This document shows positions 39,344 to 50,739 of a stretch of DNA of 64,000 nt, in pieces. The DNA lies in assembly GCF_963921235.1 (NCBI RefSeq), contig NC_086108.1, positions 104,224,001 to 104,288,000 of the forward strand. Reading direction: 5' to 3'. Every line of letters starts with the position of its first letter. The stretch's first letter is position 1. This DNA comes from Mobula hypostoma (taxonomy: Eukaryota). The notes under the pieces were generated by a model. It searched no databases. It worked only from the letters and a program-made list of their open reading frames with translations, and had not been told where the DNA came from. The position numbers were made by a program, and so were the translations under genes.

Positions 39344-39991
39344 CTAGTTTAAAGCCTCCCCAACAGCACTAACAAACCTCCCTGAAAGGATATTGGTCCC
39401 CCTGTGGTTCAAGTGTAACCTGTCTCTCTTGTACAGGTCCCACCTGCCCCAGAAGAGGTCCCAATGATCCTGAAATCTGAAACTCTGCCCCCTACACCAG
39501 TTCCTCAGCCACTTGTTCCTCCTCCAGAGCATCCTATTCCTACCCTCACTGGCACCTAGCACATGTAGCAATCCTGAGATTACCACCCTTGAGGTCCTGC
39601 TTTTCAACTTCCTACCAAGCTCTCTATACTCACTGTCCAGGACCTCTTCACTCTTCCTTGCTATGTCATTGGTACTGATGAGCACCACGACATCTGGCTG
39701 GTCACCCTCCCACTTCAGAATGTCATGCAATCGATCAGAGACATCCTTGACTCTGGCACCTGGGAGGCAACAAACCATCTTGGATTCTCTGTCACGACCA
39801 CCGAACCTCCTATCTGCACCTCCAACTATCGCGTCCCCTATCACTACCGCTCTCCTCTTTCTCCCCCCTCCCTTCTGCACTGCAGAGCCAGACTCAGTGC
39901 CAGAGATCCGGCTACTGCAGCTAGTCCCAGGTAAGTCATCCCCCCCAACAGTATCCAATGCGGTATACTTGTTGTTGAGGGGAATGGCCAC
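39344..39991 (-). CDS. CR1 ORF1 C-terminal SGNH/GDSL esterase-like domain
   Basis: VVIGDAIV, CLPGA, STNDI, DRLHLN blocks, directly upstream of ORF2. Confidence 0.8.
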   Translation of the reverse strand: MAIPLNNKYTALDTVGGDDLPGTSCSSRISGTESGSAVQKGGGRKRRAVVIGDAIVGGADRRFGGRDRESKMVCCLPGARVKDVSDRLHDILKWEGDQPDVVVLISTNDIARKSEEVLDSEYRELGRKLKSRTSRVVISGLLHVLGASEGRNRMLWRRNKWLRNWCRGQSFRFQDHWDLFWGRWDLYKRDRLHLNHRGTNILSGRFVSAVGEALN

Positions 39992-41390
39992 AGGGGAACC
40001 CTGCTCTGCCTGTCCTTTCCTCTTCCCTCGCCTGACAGTGACCCAATTTCCTGTCCTCTGCTCCTTTGGCGTAACTACCTCCCTGTAGCTACGATCTATA
40101 ATCTCCTCATTCTCCCGAATGATCCGCAGGTCATCCAGCTCCTGCTCCAGTTCCCTAAAAGTACAAAGTAAAATTAATTTCTTTTAATGTCAATGGGTTG
40201 TTAAATCCAATCAAACGCAGTAAAATTCTATCCAAAATGAAAAAAGAACAAGCCCATGTAGTATATTTACAGGAAACCCACTTAAGTGATAATGAGCATG
40301 GAAAACTAGAGAGAATGGGCTTCACTAATTTGTTTTTCTCCTCATATAAATCAGGACATAGGAGAGGAGTTGCTATTCTTATCTCAAGCAAGCTAAATTT
40401 TGGAAAAGTATTCAAAATGGGAGATAAGGAGGGCAGATATATTCTGGTAAGGGGGAATATGGATGGAAACTCAGTTACTCTATTGAATATATACGCACCC
40501 CCAGGAAGTGATATCAGTTTCTTTCAGAAAATTACTAATATTTTGGTAATGGAAACAGAAGGTCTCTTGATATGTGGGGGAGACTTAAATTTACAATTAC
40601 AACCAAAGTTAGACTCTTCCAATAGAAAAACCTATGAAACAAAATCCTTATATAAGAAAGTTAATACACTTTTTGAGGATGTTGATCTAATTGATATATG
40701 GAGGGACCTTTTCCCCGACAGAAGGGATTACACTCGTTATTCTGCCCCCCATTCTGTATATACAAGAATAGACTATTTTATAACATTTGGAAAAGGCAAA
40801 GACAAAATAAACACCTGTGGAATTGGGACAATAGATGTAAGTGACCATGCACCTATATATTTATCTGTTGATTTTGACCTACAACCAAAGAATACTAATT
40901 GGAAACTAAATTCAAGTCTACTCAATGATCCCTATTTTAAGGAACAAATTAAAAAAGAAATTGGTCTTTACTTAGAATTCAATGATAATGAAGAGGTTTC
41001 ACCTCCCATTCTGTGGGATACTCTGAAAGCTGTCTTAAGAGGGAAAATTATAGCGATATCTTCATATAAGAAAAAAATAAGGAATAAAACATTAGAGGAA
41101 TTACAAAATAGACCGAAGGAACTAGAAAAAAACACAAATTGAATTTGGCACAGGATACATTAGAGGAAATTTTAAAAAATTAGGAATGAAATTAATAGTT
41201 TGGCTATGCAAGAAATCAGGAAAAATTTAATGTTTCAGAAACAGAGACATTATGAAAGTGGATCTAAGTCTATGAAAATACTGGCTTGGAAGCTAAAAAA
41301 AAAAGACAGCAGAAAATACAATTCATAGAATTAGGGATCCAAAAACAACAATGATAAAAAAATAAGCTAAGTGAAATTCAAGAAGCTTTT

Positions 41391-41588
41391 AAAAACGCAA
41401 ACACAAGGAATTCTGCAGATGCTGGAAATTCGAGCAACACACATCAAAGTTGCTGGTGAACGCAGCAGGCCAGGCAGCATCTCTAGGAAGAGGGACAGTC
41501 GACATCTCAGCCCGAAACGTCGACTGTACCTCTTCCTAGAGATGCTGCCTGGCCTGCTGCGTTCACCAGCAACTTTGATGTGTGTTGT
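41391..41588. mobile_element. Penelope-derived fold-back mini-insertion in L1 ORF2
   Basis: 14-bp TSD ttcaagaagctttt (41377-41390, 41589-41602); ~80-bp inverted arms turning at the hammerhead GAAACGTCGAC. Confidence 0.92.
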
Positions 41589-42289
41589 TTCAAGAAGCTT
41601 TTGAAGTGTTTTACAAAACTCTATATTCCAAAGTTCCAGGGGGAAGCATATCCCAAATTGACACCTTCCTGAATTCTCTAGAGTTACCCACTTTAAGCGA
41701 AGAACAAAATAGAACAATGACTGCTGACATAACTGAAGTTGAACTAAAAGTTGCAATTAGTAGGCTTAAATTAAGCAAGTCGCCAGGTTCAGATGGGTAT
41801 TTGGCATGGTGGTACAAAGAATTTAAAAATGAGTTAATTCCTGTCCTACTCCCCACACTGAACTGGGACCTAAAAAAGGCACAAATGCCCCCCAGCTGGA
41901 AGGAAGTGATAATCTCAGCTATACTGAAAGAAGGCAAGGATAAAATGGAACGTAGGTCATTTAGACCAATATCCGTTCCTAATGTAGATTATAGATTATT
42001 TACTTCCATCATGGCCAAATGATTAGAAGAGTTTCTACCCATACTGATACATAATGATCTGACAGGTTTTATACAATAATGCCAAACACAGGACAATATA
42101 CGAAGGACACTTCACATTATGGATCATATACAAAAAAATAAAATCAAAGCAATAGTGATAAGTGTGGACGCTGAAAAGGCATTTGATTCGGTTACAACAG
42201 GAATTCTGCAGATGCTGGAAATTCAAGCAACATACATCAAAGTTGCTGGTGAACGCAGCAGGCCAAGCAGCATCTATAGGAAGAGGCGC

Positions 42290-42325
42290 AGTCGACGTTT
42301 CAGGCCGAGACCCTTCGTCAGGACT
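42290..42325 (-). ncRNA. Minimal hammerhead ribozyme motif
   Basis: Reverse complement reads agtcCTGACGAagggtctcggcctGAAACGTCgact. Confidence 0.8.
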
Positions 42326-42851
42326 AACTGAAGGAAGAGTGAGTAAGGGATTTGAAAGCTGGAGGGGGAGGGGGAGATGCAAAATGATAGGAGAAGACAG
42401 GAGGGGGAGGGATAGAGCCGAGAGCTGGACAGGTGATAGGCAAAAGGGGATACGAGAGGATCATGGGACAGGAGGCCTAGGGAGAAAGATGGGGGGGGGT
42501 GACCCAGAGGATGGGCAAGAGGTATATTCAGAGGGACAGAGGGAGAAAAAGGAGAGTGAGAGAAAGAATGTGTGCATAAAAATGAGTAACAGCTGGGGTA
42601 CGAGGGGGAGGTGGGGCCTAGCGGAAGTTAGAGAAGTCAATGTTCATGCCATCAGGTTGGAGGCTACCCAGACGGAATATAAGGTGTTGTTCCTCCAACC
42701 TGAGTGTGGCTTCATCTTTACAGTAGAGGAGGCCGTGGATAGACATGTCAGAATGGGAATGGGATGTGGAATTAAAATGTGTGGCCACTGGGAGATCCTG
42801 CTTTCTCTGGCGGACAGAGCGTAGATGTTCAGCAAAGCGGTCTCCCAGTCG

Positions 42852-43466
42852 GTTCCCCTGGTCCTCACCTACCACCCCACCAGCCTCCGGGTCCAACATA
42901 TTATTCTCCGTAACTTCCGCCACCTCCAACGGGATCCCACCACTAAGCACATCTTTCCCTCCCCCCCCTCTGCATTCCGCAGGGATCGCTCCCTACACAA
43001 CTCCCTTGTCCATTCGTCCCCCCCATCCCTCCCCACTGATCTCCCTCCTGGCACTTATCCGTGTAAGCAGAAGAAGTGCTACACATGCCCTTACACTTCC
43101 TCCCTTACCACCATTCAGGGCCCCAAACAGTCCTTCCAGGTGAGGCATCACTTCACCTGTGAGTCGACTGGGGTGATATACTGCGTCCGGTGCTCCCGAT
43201 GTGGCCTTTTATATATTGGTGAGACCCGACGCAGACTGGGAGACCGCTTTGCTGAACATCTACGCTCTGTCCGCCAGAGAAAGCAGGATCTCCCAGTGGC
43301 CACACATTTTAATTCCACATCCCATTCCCATTCTGACATGTCTATCCACGGCCTCCTCTACTGTAAAGATGAAGCCACACTCAGGTTGGAGGAACAACAC
43401 CTTATATTCCGTCTGGGTAGCCTCCAACCTGATGGCATGAACATTGACTTCTCTAACTTCTGCTAG
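42852..43466 (+). CDS. Penelope-like GIY-YIG endonuclease domain with a Cys-rich linker (5'-truncated)
   Basis: CKQKKCYTC linker; VIYCVRCSRCGLLYIGETRRRLGDRFAEH; EQHLI...LQPDGMN. Confidence 0.9.
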   Translation, partial: VPLVLTYHPTSLRVQHIILRNFRHLQRDPTTKHIFPSPPSAFRRDRSLHNSLVHSSPPSLPTDLPPGTYPCKQKKCYTCPYTSSLTTIQGPKQSFQVRHHFTCESTGVIYCVRCSRCGLLYIGETRRRLGDRFAEHLRSVRQRKQDLPVATHFNSTSHSHSDMSIHGLLYCKDEATLRLEEQHLIFRLGSLQPDGMNIDFSNFC

Positions 43467-43759
43467 GCCCCACCTCCCCCTCGTACCCCAGCTGTTACTC
43501 ATTTTTATGCACACAGTCTTTCTCTCACTCTCCTTTTTCTCCCTCTGTCCCTCTGAATATACCTCTTGCCCATCCTCTGGGTCACCCCCCCCCCGTCTTT
43601 CTCCCTAGGCCTCCTGTCCCATGATCCTCTCGTATCCCCTTTTGCCTATCACCTGTCCAGCTCTCGGCTCTATCCCTCCCCCTCCTGTCTTCTCCTATCA
43701 TTTTGCATCTCCCCCTCCCCCTCCAGCTTTCAAATCCCTTACTCACTCTTCCTTCAGTT

Positions 43760-43795
43760 AGTCCTGACGAAGGGTCTCGGCCTGAAACGTCGACT
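43760..43795 (+). ncRNA. Minimal hammerhead ribozyme motif
   Basis: agtcCTGACGAagggtctcggcctGAAACGTCgact, ~295 nt downstream of the GIY-YIG stop codon. Confidence 0.8.
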
Positions 43796-46387
43796 GCGCC
43801 TCTTCCTATTTGATTCGGTTAACTGGAATTTTCTTTACAGAGTTTTACATAGATTTGGTTTCCATAACACAATTATTAAAACTATACAGGCACTATATGA
43901 CAACCCCACTGCTAGGATTAAAATCAATGGATACATCAAATAGTTTTACCTTAGAAAGAGGCACGAGACAGGGTTGTGCATGGTCACCGCTACTCTTCAC
44001 ATTATATCTGGAACCATTAGCTCAATACATCAGACAAAATGAAGATATCAGGGGAATTACTATTAAAGGGACAGAACATAAATTGACCTGTTACGTGGAT
44101 GACATTTTGATCTATCTAGGGCAACCAACATACTCTTTACCTAAATTGATGCAATCCTTTGAACAATATGGTCAATTATCAGGATACAAGATCAACATAG
44201 ATAAAACCCAATTACTTTCATATAACTATAGCCCACCAAGAGAAATTGAAAGTAGATATCCCTGGGCATGGCAAACAGAGTCTTCCAAATATTTGAGCAT
44301 CATTATGCCAAAAGATTTGGCAAAGTTATCAGAATGCAATTATCAGCCTATGTATAAAAAAAATTAAGGAAGATGTAACAAGATGGAACCTAATTCCTTT
44401 TTTTTAGTCTTAGTTCAAGGATTGAATCTATTAAAATGAATATACTGCCCAGATTATTATATCTCTTTCAGATCCTACCAATAGAGATTAATCAAAATCA
44501 ATTCAATGAATGGAACAAAATGTTATCAAGATATATATGGCAAGATAAAAGGCCTAGAGTTCATCTCAAAACTTTGCAATTAGCCAAGGAAAAGGGGGGA
44601 TGGGGCCTACCTTCTCTTCGAGATTATTATTTTGTAGCACAGTTGAGAGCTGCTATATGTTGGTACAACCCATCATATGACACTCAATGGAAAAACATTG
44701 AGGAAGGGATAATTTCCATCCCCATACAGGCAATTTTGACTGATAACAACCTACAAAGGTACATAAATACTATTTAATAACCCATGGGTGAAATGGACTC
44801 TTAAAGTAGGGAAAATTATTTTAAAAGAATATAAACTAGAGGGAGATTTTTCAATTCGTAAATGGTGTGCATATGACACGGATTTTATGCCAAATAAACT
44901 GGATGCTAGATTTAAGGACTGGTCAGCTAAAGGAATAACAGTTCTTTGCAATATAATGAAAGAAGGAACACTGTTCAGTTTTGAAATGCTCAAAGAGAAA
45001 CACTTATTAGAAAAACAAGACTTTTATCGGTATTGACAGATGTGACAGTATGTTAATAGGATGGTTAAAAATGTAACCAAGGCAAGTACATGTTTGATAG
45101 AGCTATTTCGAAAAGCATATAATTCAGATAACAAGTGTGTATAAGGGTTTGTCAAATCTTAAAGCACATTCGACTTCATACATTAAAACAAAATGGGAGA
45201 AGGAAGGAGGGATAATTATATCTGAGGAAGACTGGACAATAATATGGAGGTATCAATGGAAGTGTACCAGTTCAGAAATGGAGGGAGTTCAGATGGAAAA
45301 ACTTGATAAGATATTTTATTACACCCTCTCAGAAATACCATTATGATAGTAATCTCCCTGTTTGCTGGAGAAATTGTGGAAATCAAAATGCAAACCATTA
45401 TCATATTTTCTGGGAATGCCCCGTTATCAAAGACTATTGGAGTGGGATACACAATGCCCTACAAGACATCTTTAAAAGTGAAATACCCTTAGGAAGTAAG
45501 ACCATATATTTTGGGTATATACCTCAAGAATGGTTGAAGAGAGATAAGTATTTAATGAATATGCTGCTGTTGACTGGTAAAAAGACTCTTACCAGGAAAT
45601 GGTTATCACAGGAGAGCCCAGCTTTAAATGCATGGATGGAAATTACAATGAACATTTACAAAATGGAGAAGATAACAGCATCTGTTATTCATAAGTTGGA
45701 ACAATTTGATTCCTACTGGGAAAAATGGTTTAACTACATAACACCTCATAGGCCTGATTTTATTCTCACAAATCAATGAATATGTTGTAAAAAAAAATCA
45801 CTCCCTACTTGTACATAGTTTTCTCCTTTTGCTTGTTCTTTCTTTCCTCTCTTTTCTGTAAGTGTATACCTCAGATAAATATTATGTGGAGATTTGTGGC
45901 AAATATGACTATATGATATATATGTACAATATCTGAAATACATCTTATGGAAATGTTTGTTTGATGATGAACTTCAAAAAAAAATTACAAAAAAAATCAA
46001 GGATTAAGGAATAACTTTATTCACCACATACATTTACTTGTATTAGGAATTTGCTCTGGTGTGTTGGTCGGGGGAGAGGGTGTGGGACATGCAACAACAT
46101 TCAACAATTATAAAGAATAAAGAATTAGATAAAAATAATTAGAAGTATACATAGATATGGTATCAAATGTATATAAATACATCAATACCAGCAAATATTT
46201 ACAACGTAAAAAGCATTATAAAAAGAGGTTTAAAGCTTTCACTGAGGCAATAGAGAGGGTGGGGGTGTTCTAAGTTGAATGCTTGATCAGATTAACTGCC
46301 TGGGGAAGAAGCTTTTAATATGGTGTGAAGCTCTTGTTTTAATAGCACTATAGTGCTTTCCAGAAGGGAGAATGGAGCTTTCGGATA

Positions 46388-46815
46388 TTATTTACTTACT
46401 TACTGCCTGTTACACTGCTGGCGTTTAGGGCAGCAAAGAAGTTCTTACATCTCTGGTGGTGTTCAGGGCTTCCTTCATTGTGCCAGTAGCTTCCTCTCGG
46501 TTTTCACTACTGTCAGTCGTACAGTTCCCGGGTGGAGACTCAGGAATGCTGTCACACTCAGATGCAGAAGGATTCTTCATTGCTGTTTCCATAACAATTG
46601 TTTTTTGACCAGTCAGGGTTGTTAGCCCTGAGCTGAACCTCCAAACCTGGAGGAGCAGTGGACCATTCTTAGTCTGACCTCTATCCTTTGGCCTGTTTGG
46701 CATGGGTGACCCCACCAAGAGCCAAAGCATAAAACCCTGAACCCAGTCAACATAACTCTCCAGGTCACTGAGGCACACAAGTCTGCCAAACCATGACAAG
46801 GTTGTGGTCCTCTTA
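46388..46815 (-). mobile_element. Probable RTE-derived short non-autonomous element
   Basis: (tact)n tail at the left end; resembles an RTE 5' UTR joined to a 3' end; recognised by resemblance only. Confidence 0.4.
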
Positions 46816-47157
46816 GAGGGTTTGGAAGGAACAAATTGTTCTTGCGGAGAACCTTGATAAAACTGCAGACTTTTATAGAACCAGCAGTATAAATGCACGT
46901 TTTTTATTCTGTCAGTAAATGGCTCTTCAGTGAGGGGTGGCATCAATTTTATTGACTCAAGGATCTGGAAAAAGTACCTTGGTGCTAGGATTGACCCGGG
47001 TCGGGTGCTCTAGTCAAGATTGGATTAGTAAACGCGAGGGAAGGCACAGTAAGATCTTGAGCGCTAGGATTAAGCCTGACCAAAAGGTCAAAAATGTTAA
47101 AAATTATGCCATTTACAGACTTAACTACGTGTAGTATATAAGATAATCTTATGTACG

Positions 47158-47538
47158 TACAGCACTGTGCAAAAGTTTTATGCAGTCCAGATTTTTTATA
47201 TGGTTTTAGATGGTACAGAACACTGATCTCAACATCATCGAGGCTGTCTGGGATTACCTGATGAGACAGAAACAAGTGAGACAGCCAAGTTCTCCAAGAT
47301 GGATGGAACAACCTACCAACTGAGTTCATAAAACTGCACAATAGTGTACCTAAGAAAATTGTCGCAGTTTTAAAGACAAAGAGTGGTCATATCAAATATT
47401 GATTTGATTTATTTTTCTTACTGTTTGTTGCTCTTTATAGTATTTTTCTGATATTTAGAAACTTTTAATTTCATTATTTTTGAAAGCATTATGCTTTACA
47501 GAATTTTTTTTCATGTCTAAAACATGAAAAGTACTGTA
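47158..47538. mobile_element. Tc1-type MITE
   Basis: tacagcactgtgcaaaagt ... aaaagtactgta ends; DLNIIEAVW transposase remnant. Confidence 0.65.
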
Positions 47539-47713
47539 GTGTATATACAGCCACACTTTGCAGTTACTTGTACACTGTGTTTTATAGGATTATTATTTTA
47601 TTATTGTTTTTTTTATACTATGCCTATTGTGTTTTTTTATGCTGCATTGGATCTGGAATAACAATCATTTTGTTCTCCTTTGCATGTGTAATAAACAGTC
47701 TTCAATCTTGAAT

Positions 47714-47918
47714 ATAACGCACACAAAATGCTGAAGGAACTCAGCTGGTCAGGCAGCATCTATGGAGAAGTATAAAGAGTCAACATCTTAGGCTGAGGCT
47801 GGGCCCTCATGAAGGATCTTGGCCTGAAATGTTGACAATTTATTCCTCTCCAGCCTGAACTGCTGAGTTCCTCCAGCGTTTTATGTGCTTTACTCTGGAT
47901 TTCTAGAATCTCTTCTGT
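47714..47918. mobile_element. Old Penelope fold-back mini-insertion
   Basis: Inverted arms around ctcatgaaggatcttggcctgaaatgttgac; possible TSD tcttgaat. Confidence 0.65.
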
Positions 47919-48061
47919 TCTTGAATGCACTGAGTGTCACCTGACATCACTGTTTCATCCAGTGATCTGTTTACAGGGTGGAGGGTTGTTCTGAAACCAC
48001 AGTCGACACCGTACTGTAGGACACTGTCAATGTACTCAGAAAACAACAGAGGAACCAGATC

Positions 48062-48715
48062 TCATAAGACCGTAAGGTATAGGAGCAGAATTAGATCACA
48101 TGACCCACTGTGTCTGCTCTGCCATTTCATCATGGCTGATCCATTTCCCTCTCTGCCTCCTCCCCATATCCCTTCATGCCTTGACTAATCAAGAGTCAGT
48201 CTCTGCCTTTAATATACCCAACGATTTGGCCTCTACAGCTGCCTGTAACCACAAATTCCACAGATTCACCATTCTCCAGATAAAGAAATTCCTCCTCATC
48301 TTCATTCTAAATGGTTGATCCTCTGTTCTGAGGCTGTGTCCTCTGGTCCGAGACTCCCCCACCATAGGAAACATCCTCTTCATATCTAGTCTATTGAGGC
48401 CCTTCAACATTCAATAGATTTCAATGCGATCCCCCCTCATTCTGAATTCCCGTGAGTACAGGCACAGAGCCATCAAATGCACGTCACATAGTAATCCATT
48501 CAATCCCAGAATCATTTTTGTGAACCTCCTTTGAACCCTCTCCAACGTCAGCACCTCCTTCTTAAGATAATGGGCCCAAAACTGCTCACAATACTCCAAG
48601 TGAGGCCTCACCTTTGCCTTATTAAAACTCAGCATTACATCCTTGCTTTTATAGTCAAGTCCTCTTGAAATGAGTGCTAGCTTCTCATTTGTTTTCCTCA
48701 CCACTTACTCAACCC
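48062..48715 (-). mobile_element. CR1 3' fragment
   Basis: VRPHLEYCEQFW; SRTRGHSLR. Confidence 0.85.
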
Positions 48716-49664
48716 ATGACAGAAATTTTCTCTCAATAATAGCAAGCGAAATTCTCCGGAAAAGCAGAGTCAACACTGGAAAGTAATGTATAAATGATGA
48801 GTATAATATCAATCAGAGTCACTCACAGCAAACCATTCAGCAGGCTTCAGGGCTGTTATCTGATCAGCACTTACTATAGAAATAGCATAACCACAAGATT
48901 TATCCACTTTATAATATGTCATAAAGTGCTTTACCTCATGCATTGTTAAAATTATATGCTCACATGAATGCTTGGGTTATTAAGTTGGCAAGCATCACGT
49001 TTAACTCTTCTGTGGTTGGTCCGAAGCCTGGCTGTGAAAGGAGGAGGTTGGGCATGGGACTAATGCATCCATCCCATAAAAACCCAGAGCTACAGACGCT
49101 CTGAAGACCTCTTCCCTGGGAGAGGAAAGATCTTCGCCTGGAAGGTGTATAGATGGCCTACATCTGAACTTGAAGGGCTGACCCACGCCGGAGGACTTTG
49201 GCGAGCTGCTGTCGGCAGCCCATGCCCCAGTAGAGATGGTGAACCGTGCAACCATATTTTAAACCTTATTTTTTTTACCTTTTTTATTTATTTTTGTAGA
49301 TCTTGCACTGTACTGCTGCCACAAAAGAGCAAATTTCACATCATGGAAGTCAGTGATAATAAATTTGATTATTATTCTGATTCTAACATAAAACTCCTTG
49401 CAAATGAATTAAAATCGAATTTAAAGTTCAAAGTTGAATGTAAATTTATTATCAAAGTATATATTTGTTACCATCCTCTATCCTGTGATTCGTTCTCTTG
49501 CAGACATTTTCAGGAAAAATAAAGAAATATAATAGAACCTACAAAAAAAAATCATACACAGCAAAGACTGACAAGCAACCAATGTGGAAAAGAAGACACA
49601 CTGTGGAAATAAAAGACAAAATACTGAGAACTTGAGTTGTAAAGAGTCTTTGAAGGTGAGTCTG

Positions 49665-50735
49665 TGGAACATGGAACATAGAAATTTACGGCCCATTACA
49701 GGCCCTTCAGCCCACAACGTTGTGCCGTCCAGGTAACCTGCTCTAGACACTGCCTAGAATTTCCTTACCGCACAGCCCTCTATTTTACTAAGCTTCATGT
49801 ACCTATCGAAGAATCTCTTAAAAGACCCTATAGTATCCGCCTCGGTCATGATCACCGGCAGTGCATTCCATGCACCCACCACTCTCTGTGTGAAAAACGT
49901 ACCTCTGACATCCCCCATGTACCTACTTCCAAGCTCCTTAAGACTATTCCCCCTCGTGTTCATCATTTCAGCCCTGAGAAAGCCTCTGGCTATCCACACG
50001 ATCAATACCTTTCATCAACTTATATACCTCTATCAGGTCACCTCTCATCCTCTGTCACTCCAAGGAGAAAAAGCCGAGCACTCAACCTGCTCTCATAAGG
50101 TATGCTCTCCAATCTAGGCCACACCCTTGTAAATCTCCCCTGAATTCTCTCTATAGTATCCACATCCTTTCTGTGGTGAGGTGACCAGAACTGAACACCA
50201 AGTGGGGTCTAACCAAGGTCTTATATAGCTGTAACATTACCTCACGGCTCCTGAACACATCCCAAGGCTGATGAAGGACAACATACCATGCACCTTCTTG
50301 ACAACACTGTCAACCTATGCAGCAGCTTTGAGTGTCCTTTGGACAAGGACCCCAAGATCTCTCTGATCCTCCACACTACCAAGAGTCTTACCATTAATAT
50401 CATATTCTGTCTTCAAATTTGACCTACTGAAATGAACCACTTCACACTTACTGCCACTTCTCAGCCCAGTTCTGCATCTCATCAATGTTGTGCTGTAACC
50501 TCTGACAATCCTCCAGACTATCCACAGCACCCCTAACTTTTGTGTCATCAGCAAACTTACTAACCCACCCTTCTACTTCCTCATCCAGGTCATTTATAAA
50601 AATCACAAAGAGGAGGGGACCCAGAACAGATCCCTGCAAACACACTGGTCACCGACCTCCATGCAGAATACAAACCATCTACAACCACCCTTTGCCTTCT
50701 GCGGGCAAGCCAACTCTGGATCCACAAAGCAAAGA
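49665..50735 (-). mobile_element. CR1 RT 3' fragment
   Basis: QGSVLGPLLF, KFADDTK, FFTQRVVGAWN. Confidence 0.85.
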
Positions 50736-50739
50736 TGTG

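Larger units (their letters stand above)
36367..40158 (-). mobile_element. Near-complete CR1 LINE inserted in the first codons of L1 ORF2
   Basis: (ttctatgg)n tail; ORF2 pieces 38602-39180, 37623-38621, 36448-37644; ORF1 39344-39991; candidate TSD aaggac/aagtac. Confidence 0.95.
42195..43807. mobile_element. Penelope-like element with an inverted duplicated 3' end
   Basis: 14-bp TSD atttgattcggtta (42181-42194, 43808-43821); arms 42276-42850 and 43234-43809 nearly identical; GIY-YIG ORF. Confidence 0.95.
35743..45993 (+). mobile_element. L1/Tx1 LINE truncated in ORF1; ORF2 (APE and RT) frameshifted and interrupted three times
   Basis: TSD aaatcaaggatcaagga/aaatcaaggattaagga (35726-35742, 45994-46010); ORF2 starts MAKD at 36355 and resumes KVKLISFNVNG at 40165; YLQETH, SDH, GTRQGC, YVDD; poly(A) tail. 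Confidence 0.92.

Noticed and set aside
40198..41142. 314-aa ORF as a host endonuclease gene
   Set aside because: It is the APE domain of the disrupted L1/Tx1 ORF2
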